DNA of 32,000 nt, taken from positions 840,001 to 872,000 of the forward strand of contig NC_006624.1 in NCBI RefSeq assembly GCF_000009965.1, written 5' to 3'. A model generated the notes under the pieces. It searched no databases, was not told the DNA's origin, and saw only the letters and a program-made list of their open reading frames with translations. Source of the stretch: Thermococcus kodakarensis KOD1 (GTDB taxonomy: Archaea > Methanobacteriota_B > Thermococci > Thermococcales > Thermococcaceae). Below are positions 7,906-19,141 of the stretch, one piece after another. A program made the position numbers and the translations under genes. How positions within the stretch are numbered: position 1 is the stretch's first letter; each line of letters starts with the position of its first letter.

Positions 7906-8992
7906 ACTGATTGAGCTAGCTGAGAAGTTCTACAGGGACGAGTACACGGATTCAGTCCTCTACTCCAGGCTGGCCAAGGCCGAAAAGGACGAGAGGATCA
8001 AAGCGGAGTTCCAGAGGCTTGCCCAGATAGAGTCTGAGCATGCTAGTTTTTGGTACGAGTTCCTCAAGAGAAGGGGTGTAAAACCAGAAAAACCGAAGAT
8101 AGGGCGCTTCCACTTCACATCGGTTTTCGTCCTCAGAAGAGTGCTCGGTGCTGGGGCTGTGACTTCTCTCCTTGAGATGGGAGAGAGGGACGCGGTAAAG
8201 AAGTACTACAGATTTCTAACAGAATACTCCTCAGAAATGAGCGAAGATGAAAGGGAGAGGCTCAAGAGTGTCATCCTGGACGAGCTTGAGCACGAGAAGT
8301 TCTTCAGGGAAGAAGAGAAGACCTTCCACACCGAGAACATCCGCGACCTGGTTTTGGGCATGAACGACGGCCTCGTTGAGATTCTGGGTGCTGTGACCGG
8401 CCTTTCGGCTGTCTACCCAAACAGGCCAGAACTCATCGGCATAAGCGGCCTAATCGTTGGGGTCGCTGGAGCGCTCTCGATGGGAATAGGTGCCTTCATC
8501 TCCGTCCGCTCCCAGAGACAGGTCAACGAGGCCCTCAGGGAGAAGATGGAAGTCCTATTCAGGGTCTCCCCAGAGAGGGCCAGGGAAGAGATAATGGAAA
8601 GGCTAATGGAAGGGGGCCTGCCGAAGGAAATCGCAGAAAAAACCGCCGAGGAACTTGCCCAGAAGGGGGATGCTGTGATAAGCCTTCTCCTCGGGGAGAG
8701 CGATGAGAACGAAGTCCGATCGGCCCTCTATACGGGTCTCTCTTATCTGCTCGGAGTGGCGTTTCCAGTAACGCCCTACTTCCTGGCGTCGAGCTCTTTA
8801 ACGGCCCTTCCGTTCTCAATTCTGCTCGCAGGCAGCGTCCTCGGCGTCGTTGGTACGATGGTGGCCCTTCTCTCGGGAATATCCATCAGAAAGAAGGCCC
8901 TGGAGATGGTTTCAACCGGCCTCGGGGCGGCGTTCCTGAGCTACCTCTTCGGAAGGCTGATGGAGGCAGTCTTTCACGTCTCGGCCCTTTAG
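7898..8992 (+). CDS. Ferritin-like (rubrerythrin-type) domain fused to a VIT1/CCC1-family iron transporter
   Basis: The N-terminal half has paired ExxH motifs ([18 protein letters not shown]). The C-terminal half has [16 protein letters not shown] and several TM helices typical of VIT1. ATG 7898 overlaps the trm1 stop by 8 nt. Confidence 0.8.
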   Translation: MSRLIELAEKFYRDEYTDSVLYSRLAKAEKDERIKAEFQRLAQIESEHASFWYEFLKRRGVKPEKPKIGRFHFTSVFVLRRVLGAGAVTSLLEMGERDAVKKYYRFLTEYSSEMSEDERERLKSVILDELEHEKFFREEEKTFHTENIRDLVLGMNDGLVEILGAVTGLSAVYPNRPELIGISGLIVGVAGALSMGIGAFISVRSQRQVNEALREKMEVLFRVSPERAREEIMERLMEGGLPKEIAEKTAEELAQKGDAVISLLLGESDENEVRSALYTGLSYLLGVAFPVTPYFLASSSLTALPFSILLAGSVLGVVGTMVALLSGISIRKKALEMVSTGLGAAFLSYLFGRLMEAVFHVSAL

Positions 8993-9396
8993 AGGTATGT
9001 AACCTCAACGCCGAGCTTTTCCGCCGTTTTTCCCTGTTTTTCATCGCTCGTGGCGAGCTTTCCGTATTTTAGGGCCTGGGCTATGTAGAGGGCGTCGTAC
9101 ACCGTTATTCTTCCCTCACACGCTATCTCCCGTGCTTGAGGCAGGTATTCGAGAGGGTTTTCAAGAAATAAAACGCTTCTCATAAGGTCTAAGGCCTGGC
9201 TCCTTCTTTCAAACTCTTCCCGATCTATGCGGGAGTACAACACGTGGTGCTTCCACAGGGCGTTTGACACTTCAATCAACGCGTATTCCAGGGATGTAAG
9301 GTCGTTTCCTCTTATGAACTCCTCGATTCTCTCCCATCCAGGTTCCAAAAGGATGTACCTGGCGAGAGACGATGCGTCAATTACTATCACGGTCAT
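8989..9396 (-). CDS. vapC: PIN-domain ribonuclease toxin VapC
   Basis: 135 aa. The acidic PIN residues sit in VIDAS, LIEVSNAL, VYDALY and TSDEK. It overlaps the upstream RHH gene by 20 nt. Confidence 0.85.
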   Translation of the reverse strand: MTVIVIDASSLARYILLEPGWERIEEFIRGNDLTSLEYALIEVSNALWKHHVLYSRIDREEFERRSQALDLMRSVLFLENPLEYLPQAREIACEGRITVYDALYIAQALKYGKLATSDEKQGKTAEKLGVEVTYL

Positions 9397-9598
9397 CCCT
9401 CACGTACTTTCTTGCAGTCCCTTCATCCGCAGGGGTTCCACCAGAAAGGAGCCTGTGAATCTCGTCAAGTTTTTTCTGTTTCTCTGCCCTAAGGACTCTC
9501 TCTTCTATGAACTTCCGTATTTCCTCGCTCCAGTTGATATCAAGCTCCTTCATCTTTGCCTTGAGCTCGTCGGGGATGCGTACGCTTATCACAGCCAT
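9377..9598 (-). CDS. vapB: VapB-type antitoxin (ribbon-helix-helix/CopG-like)
   Basis: ORF track 9377..9640. GGTGGTC SD then ATG 9598 (MAVISVRIPDELKAKMKEL...), a typical RHH N-terminus upstream of VapC. Confidence 0.75.
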   Translation of the reverse strand: MAVISVRIPDELKAKMKELDINWSEEIRKFIEERVLRAEKQKKLDEIHRLLSGGTPADEGTARKYVRDDRDSN

Positions 9599-9670
9599 AC
9601 GACCACCGTTTACATTTTTGTAATACAGCAATATAAACATTTTGGGGGAAGAGCCAGAAAAGAAAACAGT

Positions 9671-11038
9671 TCAGACCTTAACGTACTTCCATCTGCCCTT
9701 CTTGAATATCCACCAGTACATGGCCGCGCTCGTGAACGTCTCGAGGGTCATCGCGAGCCAGGCCGCTATGACGCCCATTCCCTCTATCACGAAAGGTCCT
9801 ACCGCAAGTCCAAATCCGAAGACGTAGGAAGGAACTATCCTGAACAGGAGCTTGCTGATTGCCGTGACGTACATCGGACTCTTCGTGTCGCCGGCTCCTC
9901 TTAGCGCTCCGCTGAGGACAAAGACCCATCCAAGGGGGACTTCGCTTATCCCGACGATGAGAAGGTAGATGCTTGCCAGGTGGAGCACCTCATGGTAGTG
10001 GGGGTCGCTTGAGGACAGGAAAGGCATGACGAGGTAGCGCGGGAACGCTATGAGGATAATCGCCATCACGCCCATGAAGACGCTAACCATCTTCAGGGCC
10101 TCGTAAACCGTCCTTTCGGCCTCTTCCGGCTTTCCAGCGCCGAGGTTCTGGCCGACGAGGGTTGAAGCCGCAACGTTGAAACCGAAAGCGGGCATGTAGG
10201 CGATGCTCTCGACCCTGAGGCCTATCTGGTGGGCAGCTAACGCCACATCCCCAAAGCGGGTGACTATGCTCATGTAGAGGAAGTTGTAGAAGCTGAAGAG
10301 GCCGCGCTCCACCAGGGTAGGAATGCCTATCCTTAGAATTCTGACGACCATCTCCGGGTGGAAGCTCCAGCTCGGCCTGAACTTGAGGACGAGCTTCCCA
10401 CTCAGGAGAAGGTACAGGCCAATCAGAAATGAAGACGTGATTCCAATCCCCGAGGCCCAAGCAGCTCCCACGGCACCCATCCTTGGAAAGCCGAGCTTAC
10501 CATAGATCAGAAGGTAGTCAAAAGTGGCATTGACGACGTTCATGAAGATACCGAGCTTCATGGGAGTCTTCGTATCCCCCGCTCCCCTTAGAGCCGAAAA
10601 GAGAGTAAAACCGACGAGCCTGATGGGATAGAACAAGAACACGACCTTAAGATAAGCGTAGGCCGTTCTGAGGAGTTCTCCCTTGGCGCCCATAACCCAG
10701 AGAACCTCGTCTCCGAAAAACCACCCGAAGAGCATAACGGGGATTCCGAGGAGGAAAGCAAGGTAGAGGCTCTGCTCCAGAACCAGCTCCGCTTGGGAAT
10801 AGTCCTTAGCACCAACAAAGCGGGCTATCAAGGCAAGCGTTCCAACAGAAACTGCCATCATTATGGGGAACATGAACCAGCTTACCTGTCCGCCGAGGCC
10901 AACGGCCGCTATCGCCAGCGCGCTGACGTGGCCGACCATCAGAGTATCCACTAGGTTGAGGAGTGTCTGGGAGATGTTGCCCACTATAGCAGGCCACGCC
11001 AGTGCCCATATTTTTCGCTGGGTCTCGTTGCGGAACAT
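9671..11038 (-). CDS. MATE-family multidrug/sodium efflux transporter
   Basis: 455 aa with about 12 hydrophobic helices. The N-terminal ALAWPAIVGNISQTLLNLVDTLMVGHV is characteristic of MATE proteins. Confidence 0.88.
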   Translation of the reverse strand: MFRNETQRKIWALAWPAIVGNISQTLLNLVDTLMVGHVSALAIAAVGLGGQVSWFMFPIMMAVSVGTLALIARFVGAKDYSQAELVLEQSLYLAFLLGIPVMLFGWFFGDEVLWVMGAKGELLRTAYAYLKVVFLFYPIRLVGFTLFSALRGAGDTKTPMKLGIFMNVVNATFDYLLIYGKLGFPRMGAVGAAWASGIGITSSFLIGLYLLLSGKLVLKFRPSWSFHPEMVVRILRIGIPTLVERGLFSFYNFLYMSIVTRFGDVALAAHQIGLRVESIAYMPAFGFNVAASTLVGQNLGAGKPEEAERTVYEALKMVSVFMGVMAIILIAFPRYLVMPFLSSSDPHYHEVLHLASIYLLIVGISEVPLGWVFVLSGALRGAGDTKSPMYVTAISKLLFRIVPSYVFGFGLAVGPFVIEGMGVIAAWLAMTLETFTSAAMYWWIFKKGRWKYVKV

Positions 11039-11135
11039 TAAGACGCGCCTCTAAACGAACAGAGAAACGTTTAGTTAATAAGGGTTGCGGTAGTGTTGCA
11101 GAACTACGTAAGTAGGTCAGAGAAAAGAAAAAGGT

Positions 11136-11327
11136 TCAGTAAGAGAGGTTCCTCTTCTTCCTCCACTTGTGGGACCAGCTGTACTTCCTCATTCTCCTGC
11201 TCCTGCCGAATCCGCAGGCGGCACAGTAGCCCTTCTTGACGTTGAAGGCCCTCCTACCGCAGCGCCTGCACCTTATGTGGGTTGGAGTACGGTTCCTCTT
11301 GCCCTTCGGCGCGGTTCCAGCTCCCAT
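11136..11327 (-). CDS. rpl37e: 50S ribosomal protein L37e
   Basis: 63-aa basic protein with a CRRCG...CAACG zinc ribbon and the [18 protein letters not shown]-terminus. Confidence 0.93.
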
Positions 11328-11347
11328 GCTATCACCCCGCTAAGCTC

Positions 11348-11578
11348 TCACTCAAGCTCGACAGGGGAGAGGGCCAAGACGTTGTCTCCCCTTATGACGA
11401 TTTTACCGTACTTCTTAACGACCTCGCCGTCCTGGATGAGCTCGGCATCGGCGAGGACAACGTTAAGGTGGATGTCGTAACCGATGAGCTTACCCCTGAA
11501 CTCGTTCCCCCTCTTCAGGAGCACGAGGACGTCCTTGTCAAGGGACTTGTGGATAACATCGAGTGGTCTTTCCGCCAT
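11348..11578 (-). CDS. Archaeal Sm-like (LSm/SmAP1) protein
   Basis: ORF track 11348..11602. GGAGGTG SD then ATG 11578 (MAERPLDVIHKSL...). Sm1 (LLKRGNEFRGKLIGYDIHLNVVL) and Sm2 (IVIRGDNVL) motifs are present. It sits directly upstream of rpl37e, the conserved archaeal pairing. Confidence 0.92.
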   Translation of the reverse strand: MAERPLDVIHKSLDKDVLVLLKRGNEFRGKLIGYDIHLNVVLADAELIQDGEVVKKYGKIVIRGDNVLALSPVELE

Positions 11579-11702
11579 TTTCACGCACCTCCAAATAATC
11601 AAAGCTCATAGCCTTAACGAGGGAAACGGTTTATAACTCTTTCCGTTCTCCTGGCCCTTCTCAACATTGAACATGGAGTTTTTGTTTCCCGGGGAAAAGG
11701 GC

Positions 11703-11710
11703 TATAAATT
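11703..11710 (+). promoter_or_regulatory. TATA box (TATAAATT) of the pullulanase gene
   Basis: A canonical archaeal TATA about 30-37 nt upstream of ATG 11740, immediately followed by the TGM. Confidence 0.5.
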
Positions 11711-11711
11711 G

Positions 11712-11728
11712 TATCACTCAAAGTGATT
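11712..11728 (+). promoter_or_regulatory. Thermococcales glycolytic motif (TGM) operator, TATCAC-N5-GTGATT
   Basis: The sequence TATCACTCAAAGTGATT matches the published TGM consensus TATCAC-N5-GTGATA in 11 of 12 specified positions. It lies between the TATA box and the start codon. Confidence 0.7.
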
Positions 11729-11739
11729 AAGGTGAAAGC

Positions 11740-14037
11740 ATGAAAAAAGGTGGTCTGCTGCTCATTCTCCTGATTCTGGTCTCAATCGCCAGCGGATGTA
11801 TCTCGGAGAGCAACGAAAATCAAACTGCAACGGCTTCGACCGTTCCACCGACTTCAGTGACACCCTCACAGTCTTCCACTCCCACAACCTCGACCTCGAC
11901 GTACGGCCCTTCCGAAAGAACGGAGCTTAAACTTCCTTCGGTTAACTACACTCCCATCTACGTCGGCATAGAGAAAGGCTGTCCCTCCGGAAGAGTCCCG
12001 GTGAAGTTCACGTACAACCCCGGAAACAAGACCGTAAAGTCTGTCAGCCTCCGCGGGAGCTTCAACAACTGGGGAGAGTGGCCGATGGAGCTGAAGAACG
12101 GCACGTGGGAGACGACCGTCTGTCTCCGCCCTGGAAGGTATGAGTATAAGTACTTCATCAACGGCCAGTGGGTCAAGGACATGTCCGACGACGGGACGGG
12201 AAGGCCCTACGACCCCGATGCAGACGCCTATGCCCCCGATGGCTACGGGGGAAAGAACGCCGTGAGGGTAGTTGAGGGCCGCGAAGCGTTCTACGTGGAG
12301 TTCGATCCAAGAGACCCAGCCTACCTCAGCATCGCGGACAAAAGAACCGTGGTCAGGTTCGAGGCTAAGAGAGACACCGTCGAGTCTGCGGTTCTCGTTA
12401 CGGATCACGGGAACTACACGATGAAGCTTCAGGTCTGGTGGGACTTCGGCGAAACCTGGCGCGCCGAGATGCCAGTTGAACCCGCTGATTATTACATTCT
12501 CGTAACCTCCTCCGACGGCGGGAAGTTTGCCGTCCTAAACACAAGCGAAAGCCCGTTCTTCCACTTTGATGGCGTTGAGGGGTTCCCCCAGCTGGAGTGG
12601 GTGAGCAACGGGATAACCTACCAGATATTCCCCGACAGGTTCAACAACGGCAATAAAAGCAACGATGCCCTAGCTTTGGATCACGACGAGCTAATTTTGA
12701 ACCAGGTTAATCCAGGGCAGCCAATCCTCTCCAACTGGAGCGACCCGATAACGCCCCTCCACTGCTGCCACCAGTACTTCGGCGGCGACATAAAGGGAAT
12801 AACGGAGAAGCTCGACTACCTTCAGAGCCTAGGTGTTACTATAATCTACATCAACCCGATTTTCCTCTCGGGAAGCGCCCACGGCTACGACACCTACGAC
12901 TACTACCGGCTCGACCCCAAGTTCGGGACCGAGGATGAGCTGAGAGAGTTCCTCGATGAGGCCCACAGGAGGGGAATGAGGGTAATCTTCGATTTCGTGC
13001 CCAACCACTGCGGCATAGGGAATCCAGCCTTCCTCGACGTCTGGGAGAAGGGCAACGAAAGCCCATACTGGGACTGGTTCTTCGTCAAGAAGTGGCCCTT
13101 CAAGCTCGGCGATGGGAGCGCCTACGTCGGCTGGTGGGGCTTTGGGAGCCTTCCGAAGCTCAACACTGCCAACCAGGAGGTCAGGGAGTACCTGATAGGA
13201 GCGGCCCTCCACTGGATAGAGTTCGGCTTTGACGGCATTAGGGTGGATGTGCCGAACGAAGTCCTCGACCCGGGGACGTTCTTCCCGGAGCTGAGAAAGG
13301 CAGTTAAGGAGAAAAAGCCCGACGCGTACCTCGTCGGCGAGATATGGACGCTCTCCCCGGAGTGGGTGAAGGGAGACCGCTTCGACTCCCTCATGAACTA
13401 CGCCCTCGGGAGGGACATCCTCCTGAACTACGCTAAGGGCCTGCTCAGCGGAGAAAGTGCAATGAAAATGATGGGACGTTACTACGCTTCCTACGGCGAG
13501 AACGTAGTTGCGATGGGCTTCAACCTCGTTGATTCGCACGACACTTCGAGGGTTCTCACTGACCTCGGTGGTGGCAAACTGGGAGACACACCGTCAAACG
13601 AGTCAATTCAGAGGCTCAAGCTCCTCTCAACGCTCCTCTATGCCCTGCCCGGAACTCCCGTCACCTTCCAGGGGGACGAGAGGGGACTGCTCGGAGACAA
13701 GGGACACTACGATGAGCAACGCTATCCGATACAGTGGGATACTGTGAACGAGGACGTCCTGAACCACTACAGGGCACTGGCGGAGCTCAGAAAAAGAGTT
13801 CCCGCATTGAGGAGCAGCGCAATGAGGTTCTACACTGCCAAAGGCGGCGTTATGGCCTTCTTCAGGGGACATCATGACGAGGTTCTCGTCGTTGCCAACA
13901 GCTGGAAGAAGCCAGCCCTACTGGAGCTTCCCGAGGGAGAGTGGAAAGTAATCTGGCCTGAGGATTTCAGCCCGGAACTGCTTCGCGGCACAGTTGAAGT
14001 GCCAGCCATAGGGATAATCATCCTTGAGCGGGGTTGA
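11740..14037 (+). CDS. GH13 pullulan hydrolase / pullulanase-type alpha-amylase family enzyme, lipoprotein-anchored, with CBM48-like domain
   Basis: 765 aa. The signal peptide has a lipobox-like ASGC, followed by a Thr/Ser/Pro-rich linker. A glycogen-binding-type module is present (SLRGSFNNWGEWPMEL...YEYKYFINGQW). GH13 regions I-IV are DFVPNH, GIRVDV, GEIW and VDSHD. Confidence 0.9.
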   Translation: MKKGGLLLILLILVSIASGCISESNENQTATASTVPPTSVTPSQSSTPTTSTSTYGPSERTELKLPSVNYTPIYVGIEKGCPSGRVPVKFTYNPGNKTVKSVSLRGSFNNWGEWPMELKNGTWETTVCLRPGRYEYKYFINGQWVKDMSDDGTGRPYDPDADAYAPDGYGGKNAVRVVEGREAFYVEFDPRDPAYLSIADKRTVVRFEAKRDTVESAVLVTDHGNYTMKLQVWWDFGETWRAEMPVEPADYYILVTSSDGGKFAVLNTSESPFFHFDGVEGFPQLEWVSNGITYQIFPDRFNNGNKSNDALALDHDELILNQVNPGQPILSNWSDPITPLHCCHQYFGGDIKGITEKLDYLQSLGVTIIYINPIFLSGSAHGYDTYDYYRLDPKFGTEDELREFLDEAHRRGMRVIFDFVPNHCGIGNPAFLDVWEKGNESPYWDWFFVKKWPFKLGDGSAYVGWWGFGSLPKLNTANQEVREYLIGAALHWIEFGFDGIRVDVPNEVLDPGTFFPELRKAVKEKKPDAYLVGEIWTLSPEWVKGDRFDSLMNYALGRDILLNYAKGLLSGESAMKMMGRYYASYGENVVAMGFNLVDSHDTSRVLTDLGGGKLGDTPSNESIQRLKLLSTLLYALPGTPVTFQGDERGLLGDKGHYDEQRYPIQWDTVNEDVLNHYRALAELRKRVPALRSSAMRFYTAKGGVMAFFRGHHDEVLVVANSWKKPALLELPEGEWKVIWPEDFSPELLRGTVEVPAIGIIILERG

Positions 14038-14130
14038 CCCCCGCTTCCATTAATTTGTTTGGCACGCTGACAAAGAGCATCCCAAAAGCTTTTTATGAAA
14101 TGTCCTTACTCCAGTTTCAGGTGGTGAGTG

Positions 14131-15843
<1,713 letters not shown>

Positions 15844-15889
15844 GCTTTTCCTTTGCTTATTTTACTATGAAGACACCTGTGGTGATTTT

Positions 15890-16638
15890 ATGCTCAAGTA
15901 CATTGGATATCTTGGAGTTGGCATAGTCATAGGCATCCTCGCGGCAATGTTCGGCCTCGGAGGGGGCTTCCTGATAGTTCCCACCCTCAACTTCCTCGGC
16001 GTTGAGATACACCACGCGGTGGGAACTTCCAGCGCTGCAGTCGTGTTTACTTCCCTGAGCTCTGCGATAGCCTACCACAGGCAGAGGAGGATACACTACA
16101 AGGCGGGCCTCCTGCTGGCTTCAACGGCTGTTATCGGCGCTTACATCGGAGCCTGGGCCACGAGCTACATAAGCGCCGCCCAGCTCAAGGTGATATTCGG
16201 CGTTGTCCTCTTCCTCGTGGCCATAAGGCTCTACCGCAAGAAGAGCAGAGAGCCACATGAGGTTGACCTTAAGGAAGTCAAGCTGAACTACAAGGTGGTT
16301 CCGATCGGCGGCTTTATAGCGGGAGTTGCGAGCGGCCTCCTTGGAATCGGCGGCGGGGCAATAAACGTGCCCTTCCTCACCTACATGGGACTTCCCATCC
16401 ACTACGCGGTCGCGACTTCGAGCTTCGCCATAGTCTTCACGGCCACGTCTGGAGCGATAAAGCACTACACCCTGGGCAACGTGGAGGTCGAGTGGCTCGT
16501 TCTCCTCGTCCCGGGCCTGATAATCGGCGCCCAGCTCGGGGCGAAGATTGCCAAGAGGACTAAGGCATCCCAGCTTACGAAGGCATTTGCCGTTGTGATG
16601 GCCTTTCTGGCGATAAGGATGATCCTCAAGGGACTGGG

Positions 16639-16654
<16 letters not shown>
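15890..16654 (+). CDS. TauE/SafE-family (DUF81) anion exporter membrane protein
   Basis: ORF track 15833..16654. GGTGA SD then ATG 15890. Duplicated GLGGG...VP...AVGTS / GIGGG...VP...AVATSS halves are typical of TauE/SafE. Confidence 0.85.
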
Positions 16655-18229
<1,575 letters not shown>

Positions 18230-18549
18230 ATCATCAACTATAACAGCATAAGCAGATGTCTAACTCTGGCTGGGGACTATGGTCAACTCACGCAGTATTG
18301 AAACTCGTTGAACGAAATGTATGGCATGAAGCGGTAGTGGGCTATCTTAAAACTCTTTTTAACCTCTGGAGTTTATGTTCAAAAATTTAATAATGCTCTC
18401 GATATTAAGAGTACCCCAAATCTTCAGATAATTGCGCTTGTGATAACACCCGCTAAAGATATGCTTTAACAAAGATTTATAGGTGAAGAAATATTTTAGA
18501 ATCGTCAATTTTGGATAATACTTATAAAGGTTAACATACCTATTCCCTT

Positions 18550-18583
18550 GGGTGTCAATCGTTCCCCAAAGTAGTTGACACCC
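18550..18583. repeat. Perfect 9-bp inverted repeat GGGTGTCAA-N16-TTGACACCC
   Basis: Read directly: 18550-18558 is the reverse complement of 18575-18583. It lies 48 nt upstream of ATG 18631 in an AT-rich non-coding stretch. Confidence 0.7.
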
Positions 18584-18630
18584 GGATGCGTCTTTAGACC
18601 ACGGCGTATAGACTCTAGGGGGGATAACCA

Positions 18631-18936
18631 ATGGGGTGTGGAATATTGAAGGTGACTAGAATACTGGTTTGGCTGGGGGTGCTATTAGGTATAGTGCCCA
18701 TAACCCTCCTTCTTGGGGTTGGATCTCCAGTGGTGGGTCTTGGGCTCTTGGTGATAGTGGTGCTATTAACGTACTTCCTTATAACGCACCCCCTTGCAGA
18801 GGCAGAAAGACTGTTTGCAGAGGGTAAGAGCAAGGAAGCCAAGGGTAAGCTGACGATACCGCTTATTATCTCTTTTATAACCGGAAACATCCTCGGATTC
18901 ATCTTGATCCTAGTGGGCCTTTTGACATGTGGATGA
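18631..18936 (+). CDS. Small hypothetical membrane protein (101 aa, three predicted TM segments)
   Basis: GGGGGGAT SD ends 6 nt before ATG 18631. The protein has hydrophobic helices and is followed by T-rich tracts (TTTGTTTTCTTCTTTTT). No family was recognised. Confidence 0.6.
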   Translation: MGCGILKVTRILVWLGVLLGIVPITLLLGVGSPVVGLGLLVIVVLLTYFLITHPLAEAERLFAEGKSKEAKGKLTIPLIISFITGNILGFILILVGLLTCG

Positions 18937-18952
18937 CCAGTTTGTTTTCTTC

Positions 18953-18957
18953 TTTTT
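18953..18957 (+). terminator. Oligo-T archaeal terminator tract after the 18631..18936 gene
   Basis: The T5 run lies within TTTGTTTTCTTCTTTTTACA, immediately after the stop codon. Confidence 0.4.
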
Positions 18958-19111
18958 ACAATCTCTTCCTTAAAAGGTCTTAAAAGGTGTGGATTCAGTA
19001 ACGCCTAAAACGGCATGAGTGCTGAACGGGTGAAGTTCTTCAGTGAAGATTTATACGAGTGCTTAGGTTTCTTTGACATTGAGGTGTACTATAACGGAGA
19101 AATCTCGAAAA

Positions 19112-19120
19112 GTTTTTAAT
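19112..19120 (+). promoter_or_regulatory. TATA box (TTTTTAATA) positioned for ATG 19142
   Basis: Its centre is about 26 nt upstream of ATG 19142 with no SD, which predicts a leaderless mRNA beginning with the signal-peptide reading frame. Confidence 0.45.
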
Positions 19121-19141
19121 ATCGATTTTTTATCAAACATC

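Noticed and set aside
9227-9904. 225-aa plus-strand ORF spanning vapC, vapB and the end of the MATE gene
   Set aside because: It crosses two intergenic or promoter regions antisense to three well-supported genes, and the composition is not protein-like.
11866-13539. Minus-strand ORFs of 180 aa (11866..12408) and 236 aa (12829..13539) inside the pullulanase gene
   Set aside because: They are antisense to a gene with all four GH13 signature regions. The products are Arg/Gly/Val-rich with no recognisable features.
18359-18631. 90-aa minus-strand ORF in the AT-rich spacer after trm11
   Set aside because: It has a TTG start, no internal ATG and no SD or TATA context. It has an AT-rich codon third position unlike the local genes, and the product was not recognised. 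It could at most be a decayed gene remnant.
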